64,000 nt of DNA from Candidatus Latescibacterota bacterium (GTDB lineage Bacteria > Latescibacterota > UBA2968 > UBA8231). Positions 58,785-64,000 of this stretch are shown in pieces (position 1 is the first letter of the stretch; every line of letters starts with the position of its first letter). Made by a program: the position numbers and the translations under genes. Under the pieces are notes generated by a model. It was not told the origin of the DNA. It did not search any database and saw nothing but the letters and a program-made list of their open reading frames with translations. Where the stretch lies: the NCBI GenBank assembly GCA_963422735.1, contig OY730476.1, positions 352,001 through 416,000 of the forward strand, read 5' to 3'.

Positions 58785-61307
58785 TTACAGGCACTCAAAG
58801 GTCAGATGACATTCGTAGTGCAGCCCTTCGGGGCTGATCAGTTGCCGGTGGGGTTCGGTCTTGGCGTTGGGATTTTGTACCACTAGTTGCGGTATCTCCT
58901 TGGCCGAGTTTGAACACACTATCCTGTGGCAGTCTATATGGCCGAAGTAGTAGCCGAAGAATGCTTCGCTGCGTGCTTTGATGCGCTGGCGCAGTGCCGC
59001 GTCGGCGACATTGTCCTCGGTCATAGCGATGTCGCCGAGGTAGATGCCGTGGAACTCCACCGGCAACCAGCCAGTCTGGGGCGTGTATAGCTCCATCCAA
59101 GTATGGCAGAAGATGGGGCCATCGTACGTGGTGATCCCATAGCGGCCCGGTCCTTGGGGCGCAACAGCCAAACCCCCAGTCACTTCGCGAGCCGGGATAT
59201 CGAGTAAGCGGCATAGCGCGATAAAGGCTCGCGTTAGGGTCAGACAATGGCCGTCCTCGTTGCGGAGCGTCCTTTCCGTGCTACAAACTAAGCACTGGCA
59301 TTTCTCAGTGGTCTTTTTGAATCGCTTGCTATGCACTAGATACTGGTATATGTGCCGAGCCTTCTCCATGTCGTCAAGAGCCGGTTCGTCTAAGCGCAGA
59401 GTATCCAAGAAATCGCGAACCAGATGCGACTCGCTCAGTTTGTCTTCTACTTGCGTATAGTGGCGATGCTCTCCGGCGGTCAGCGACGCGGGCGTCTGCC
59501 CGGCGAGTGGCAGGTTATATACTTCAACCTCGCAGGAATACGAGAAGGTGAGCGTCTCATCAGCCGGGTTGATGTGGCAGGGATAGGCGTAGAAGAAACC
59601 AGCGCGTGGAGCCAGATAGGGGTGCAACTCACTTGGGTTGCAGTCAATTAACTCGACGACCGGCTGCTGGGGCAAGCGCAGGGGATAGGGTAAAAAAAGC
59701 TGCGCTGGTCCTTCGCTTGTGCAGGACTTTGTATGTGCCTTGTAGGTATAGGCCAACCGGTAGCGTTGGCTGGGGATGCGGGCTTTTAACTTGCCGCCGT
59801 GATGAGTGAGAAAAGGTGCCCGCATTTGTTCCCGTGCTCGGTAGTCTGGCTCAAAGAAGCGAGGCTCGTGATCGTAGAGCCAATTCCACGAGTTGTCGGT
59901 ATCGTACCATACCAGTCGTCCGCGGCGCAGATGCGGCATGCCCCGCTGACGCGCATCGCTCAGCATGGCGCGGATGGCCGAGCGAGGAAAGTCGTCGGTG
60001 ATAACTGGATAGAGGTGGCGGATGAATTCCTCCTCGACCGCCATATTTTTTGGATCGAGCTGTGCGCTCTGGTGGTGCGTGAATAGCAGGCCATCTATCA
60101 CATCGGCGGCCGCCTCGCCGCCTTTCCAAGCGGAGACATGGGACGCAAAGGCGGCACAGCGGGTGCTGAATTCCTCATAGTGGTCGAATAGGTAGCGCAC
60201 TTGCTCGGCCAAGTCTTCGGCTTGGGCAAAGTGCTGGCGCGACAGTTTCAGGCCGAGGCCGAGGTCGCGCACTCGGTTGAGGTGGTATTCTTGATCGAGG
60301 TGTTCGGGTGCCCCTAGGATCGGCACGCCCTCGGCCAGCGCGTGGTAGATGGAGCCAATGCCGCCAATGCCGATAAAGAGCGCAGCGTGGCGCATGGCCA
60401 AGCGGGCGGGCAGGTACTCGACGATCCGCACGTTGGCCGAGGGTGCTTCCACCGCATAGCGGCCGGCCGTAGTAACTAGCAGGCGATAGGGCAAGGGGGC
60501 CAAGGCCCGCAGGACGGCAGGCAAAAAGCGGTCCTCTACGCCGGTGCTGCCGGCATTGAAGTAGATGAGGGGCAGCGAGGGGTTCCAGCCAGCGTCGGCT
60601 AGGGCCGCGGGTGGTTCATCGGCTATGGGCTCGTCTTCGATGAGCGGCCCGACGTAGTGATGGGAGGGGGGCACCGGTCCGGCGGACGGATGGAACTGAG
60701 GCACATCGGCCAGCAGGAACGCGCTGCGGTAGGGCCGCGTCCGGGCGAAGTGCTGAGTTAGGTATTCGTCAAAACGACCGGCCCGCACCGGGAAGTAGTC
60801 AGGCAAGCGAATGGGGCTAGAGTAGGAGGGCAGGTTGTACGCCGCGTCTATAAAGGCGATGTCGATACCTTCCAAGGCGGCCGTTAGCCGCAGTGTGGGT
60901 CGAAAGTCGGCGATGAGCAAGGAGGGCTGTACTTGGCGCACGAGTGCTTGCTCGGCCTCGATGCAGCGCCGGATCCACTCGTCGTCGTAATATTCGTACA
61001 CGCCCCGGGCTAGGTACTCGTCCATGCGTTGCTGCGGCATGGTTTCGACATCGTAGAGTGTGAATCCCTCGGCCGCAATGCGCTGGGCGTGCGGTCCCCG
61101 TCCGGCGAAGATGATTTCGTACCCACGTTGACGCAGCGAACGCGCCACCACGAGCGGGCGAATCACATGGGCCAAACTGTAGCCGTGAAAGAAGACTAAG
61201 AGGCGATGCTGGTCGCGCTGGAGGAACGCCTCTTGCTCCATTTTGGCCAGCAAGGCGTTCCAAACGGCCAACCAATCCCACAGCTTTTTGTTGAGTTGTG
61301 CTAACAT
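58785..61307 (-). CDS. GT1-like glycosyltransferase + transglutaminase-like fusion
   Basis: Close paralog of 42080-44590; CQCLVC, GHCLTL, CHTW, GWLPVEFHG. Confidence 0.85.
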   Translation of the reverse strand: MLAQLNKKLWDWLAVWNALLAKMEQEAFLQRDQHRLLVFFHGYSLAHVIRPLVVARSLRQRGYEIIFAGRGPHAQRIAAEGFTLYDVETMPQQRMDEYLARGVYEYYDDEWIRRCIEAEQALVRQVQPSLLIADFRPTLRLTAALEGIDIAFIDAAYNLPSYSSPIRLPDYFPVRAGRFDEYLTQHFARTRPYRSAFLLADVPQFHPSAGPVPPSHHYVGPLIEDEPIADEPPAALADAGWNPSLPLIYFNAGSTGVEDRFLPAVLRALAPLPYRLLVTTAGRYAVEAPSANVRIVEYLPARLAMRHAALFIGIGGIGSIYHALAEGVPILGAPEHLDQEYHLNRVRDLGLGLKLSRQHFAQAEDLAEQVRYLFDHYEEFSTRCAAFASHVSAWKGGEAAADVIDGLLFTHHQSAQLDPKNMAVEEEFIRHLYPVITDDFPRSAIRAMLSDARQRGMPHLRRGRLVWYDTDNSWNWLYDHEPRFFEPDYRAREQMRAPFLTHHGGKLKARIPSQRYRLAYTYKAHTKSCTSEGPAQLFLPYPLRLPQQPVVELIDCNPSELHPYLAPRAGFFYAYPCHINPADETLTFSYSCEVEVYNLPLAGQTPASLTAGEHRHYTQVEDKLSESHLVRDFLDTLRLDEPALDDMEKARHIYQYLVHSKRFKKTTEKCQCLVCSTERTLRNEDGHCLTLTRAFIALCRLLDIPAREVTGGLAVAPQGPGRYGITTYDGPIFCHTWMELYTPQTGWLPVEFHGIYLGDIAMTEDNVADAALRQRIKARSEAFFGYYFGHIDCHRIVCSNSAKEIPQLVVQNPNAKTEPHRQLISPEGLHYECHLTFECL

Positions 61308-61360
61308 GGCGTGCTGCTTTCACCGAAAGGTGTAGGGTATTGCTTCTGCTAGCATTACTT

Positions 61361-61376
61361 GCAGTTATCGCGCCCG
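61361..61376 (-). promoter_or_regulatory. Degenerate sigma-54 promoter
   Basis: CGGGCGCGATAACTGC keeps GG-N10-GC and has the same enhancer context as the other promoters. Confidence 0.5.
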
Positions 61377-61500
61377 TTGTGAGCCAGCGGCTGGCAAATG
61401 GGCTAACGAAATTGAGCTAACTACCTGTTAGATAAGGAATTATAAAAGTAACGATAATTTTTGTCGAGCCTTTTGCCGCAATCGCTTGACCCTATGAAAA

Positions 61501-61559
61501 TGCGACAATATATCGCATAAGTGCGTCTAATCATCGCGTTAATGCGATTCATCATCGCA
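61501..61559. promoter_or_regulatory. Putative bEBP enhancer, 3 sites at 21-bp period
   Basis: TGCGACAATATATCGCA, TGCGTCTAATCATCGCG, TGCGATTCATCATCGCA. Confidence 0.75.
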
Positions 61560-61784
61560 CCGGTGCGGCGGTTGGTTGTGGTGTAGGTCCTGCTCAGTGG
61601 AACGGTTCTGCCGCCTGCCGAGGCAGCGGAACGACGGCGGAACGGGCGGCGAGTGTTTACTAGCAATGCGGCCGGGGCCGGGAAGTGGGCCGCCCGGCCT
61701 ATGAACTACCCGCTTTGGTCTGGTAGCCTGTGTGTTTAGGTGCTCCGGTTGTCTCGGCGTTGCGGCGATTAAGGACGCCTCCTT

Positions 61785-63239
61785 TTAGACAATGCTGGCA
61801 CGCAGCCACGACCGATAGGCGAGCATGTAGGTGAGCACGGCAAAAAAAGAGAGACCGATTACATTGACGACGGCGTGTTGCAGCAAGGTTGTCGCCGACA
61901 GGTCTTCGGTGAAAACCGGCAGGGTGTCGGGGTCGATTTTCTGCCGCGACAGCCCTTGGGCGACGAGGTGGATGTGCAGGCTGTTGGGGTCGTCTCGGTC
62001 TCGGTTGAGCAGGGTCTGCTCAAACTGCTGGACAAAGGTGCGCGCCTGCTCGACAAAGCTTTTGTGGCGCGCCAGCCCGGTGCCGGCGAGCGCCTCCATG
62101 CCATACTGAAAACAGCCCATGGGCGACAGGCGCACGATGTGGCGGGCGTTTTCGATCTCGCCGAGACTGTGAGCCAAAAAGCGGTCTTCGCGGTCTTGGT
62201 GAAATTGGCGCACAGCGCGTTGGGCGTCGGCCAACTGACGAATCTTCTCGGGGTTTTTCAGATCGCGGTGCTGTAAACGGAAAGCGAGGTCATGAAGTTT
62301 ATCGTGGGCTGGCGTGTTATTATTTGCAAAGCCCCATCCCAGCACTAGCTCCTCCTCGAATTCGCTGACCAACACGCGGGCGGCCAGGGCGCCGCCGGTG
62401 GCCGGCCAGAGCAACACCCCGCAGGTCCACATCAACAGAACGCCTACTAAACTTGAGCGTGTCGTGCTGCTCCATATCGACACCCACAGCCCCAACGCGA
62501 TAAAGCAGGCCAGATACAAAAGCGATAAGCCGACCATACCGATGATGCGCCCGGCCTCGACGAGATCCAAGTTCACCTTAGACAGCGCGAGGACGATGAG
62601 CAAGTTGACGACGACGGCGAGGCTCAGCACGAGGGCGAGAGTCAGCATCGCGCTGAGGAATTTGCCCAACAGCAGGGTGTGGCGCGGCAGGCTCTGCGCC
62701 ATGACCAGCTTGAGGGTGCCGCGCTCTTTTTCGCCGATGAAGGCGTCAAAGGTAAATAATAAGGCCATGAGGCTGAGCAGGCCGCCGATGATAAAGACCC
62801 AGTCGATGGCTTGGGTCTTCAGCAGTTGGCTGGCCTTCGGTGCCCAGATGTTGATGATGTCCCAATAGATGAGTACAAAGGGATGATAGACTTTGATGCC
62901 GTTGGAAGTGTGTTGGTACCCGCCCGTTGTCCTAAGGCGCTCGGGCAGGGCGTCGTCGGCACCAGTGGCACAAAACATGAGGGGGCTGGGTTTTTTATAG
63001 ATATAGTGCTGCCCCGACTGAAGGATCAGCTTCCACAGGCCCTGTTGGGCGTTGCGGTGCCCCACTTCTTGCTCAGTTTGGACTTGCTCGAGATAGTGGT
63101 TGCGTCTGAACTCGTAGGATCCGCCGACAAAGCTGAGGGCGTTGAGCACCATCAGCCCGACCGTCAGCACGAGGGCCAAGCCAAAGCGCAGGCTGAGGAG
63201 GTGGTCTATCAGTTCGCGTTTTACAATAGCGGCTAACAT
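61785..63239 (-). CDS. ABC-2 type permease (type B, copy 4)
   Basis: Start MLAAIVKREL at 63239; very close to 49805-51256. Confidence 0.85.
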   Translation of the reverse strand: MLAAIVKRELIDHLLSLRFGLALVLTVGLMVLNALSFVGGSYEFRRNHYLEQVQTEQEVGHRNAQQGLWKLILQSGQHYIYKKPSPLMFCATGADDALPERLRTTGGYQHTSNGIKVYHPFVLIYWDIINIWAPKASQLLKTQAIDWVFIIGGLLSLMALLFTFDAFIGEKERGTLKLVMAQSLPRHTLLLGKFLSAMLTLALVLSLAVVVNLLIVLALSKVNLDLVEAGRIIGMVGLSLLYLACFIALGLWVSIWSSTTRSSLVGVLLMWTCGVLLWPATGGALAARVLVSEFEEELVLGWGFANNNTPAHDKLHDLAFRLQHRDLKNPEKIRQLADAQRAVRQFHQDREDRFLAHSLGEIENARHIVRLSPMGCFQYGMEALAGTGLARHKSFVEQARTFVQQFEQTLLNRDRDDPNSLHIHLVAQGLSRQKIDPDTLPVFTEDLSATTLLQHAVVNVIGLSFFAVLTYMLAYRSWLRASIV

Positions 63240-63270
63240 GAGAAGGCATCTTTCTCCGAAAGGGGTTTCC

Positions 63271-64000
63271 TCACATGGCGTCGTAGCGCGCAAAGAGCCG
63301 GTTGGCGAGGACAAAGAGAATAGCTGCATAGAGCAATAGGGCCGTTAGAGCTGGCAAGGCGTAGCCCAAGCTCTCGGCGACGGTCCAGCCGCGCTCGTGA
63401 AACCGCGGTAGGTCGCGCAGGTCGGCACGCCAGCCGGGATCGTCGTTGAACCACTCGCGGGAGCCAAAGGCATCGCGGTCTTCCAAAAAGGCGATGATCT
63501 GCCCGCGATAGGCGCGCACTTGGTCGATGAAGTCGTCGTATTCGCGTCGGCTGGTGCCGGCGAGGATGCTGGCGGCTTGGGCGTAAGCCCCGGCGGGCAG
63601 GAGGCGTTGGAGTTGGTCGTTGAGGCGTCGGATGCGGTGGGGGAATCCTTCGAGCAGTGGGGCCTTCTCGTTCCAAGCGCGCTGAGCGTATCTCAGGCGC
63701 AACCGCTCACCAGCGCGGACGATGTCTTGGAACTTAGCCAGCGCGGGCGAAGCGACGACATTAGACAAATAGAGGAGAGGCGTCTGTCCGTCTCTTTTAG
63801 AGTAGGTTCCAGTTCCGTCATTGTGGACTCCAGTCCCTCGATTGGGCTGTGGTTCCCCCAGCTTGACCATATCTGTGGGGTAATACATAGTCTGGCCGTG
63901 CGCCCGCGCGAGGTTAGTGACCTCTTGATCGAACTCCTGCCACACCTGCGCGGCCTTGTGGTGGGCTTGGGCGTGCTTTTCGCCCATGTTGGCCTGCTCA
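63271..64000 (-). CDS. ABC-2 type permease (type A, copy 4), 5' end outside the window
   Basis: C-terminal half matches 39237-40808 and 51279-52853. Confidence 0.85.
   Translation of the reverse strand, partial: EQANMGEKHAQAHHKAAQVWQEFDQEVTNLARAHGQTMYYPTDMVKLGEPQPNRGTGVHNDGTGTYSKRDGQTPLLYLSNVVASPALAKFQDIVRAGERLRLRYAQRAWNEKAPLLEGFPHRIRRLNDQLQRLLPAGAYAQAASILAGTSRREYDDFIDQVRAYRGQIIAFLEDRDAFGSREWFNDDPGWRADLRDLPRFHERGWTVAESLGYALPALTALLLYAAILFVLANRLFARYDAM

Overview
GC-rich bacterial genomic window, probably from an FCB/Latescibacterota-Gemmatimonadota-like organism (inferred from FlgD-Ig-tailed secreted proteins, DUF4159 and FG-GAP proteins). The main content is a multi-copy peptide system. Four small genes encode secreted Cys-rich peptides; two of them (38557-38736, 56745-56921) are missing from the ORF track. 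Three share a near-identical leader ending (AI)GLTxLxASFLPQKA(E/Q)A, followed by highly variable 6-Cys cores. Each peptide gene sits behind a sigma-54 promoter with 21-bp-phased palindromic enhancer sites and is followed by a hairpin. The cassettes also repeat a glycosyltransferase/transglutaminase-like fusion (3 copies), a GT2 (3 copies), an unrecognised ~290-aa secreted family (5 copies) and paired ABC-2-type permeases (8 genes). Only one ABC ATPase, one TolC and one NEW3-like protein are present. A beta-propeller-fused sigma-54 activator lies next to the fourth, 8-Cys peptide. The middle of the window holds secreted/TPR proteins, a STAS/HATPase pair, a NurA-HAS-HerA operon and a decayed YhdJ-like restriction-modification locus. 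There is also a 231-bp MITE, an 8.3-kb-offset duplication and several frameshifted or deleted genes. All calls were made by eye; no database searches were run.
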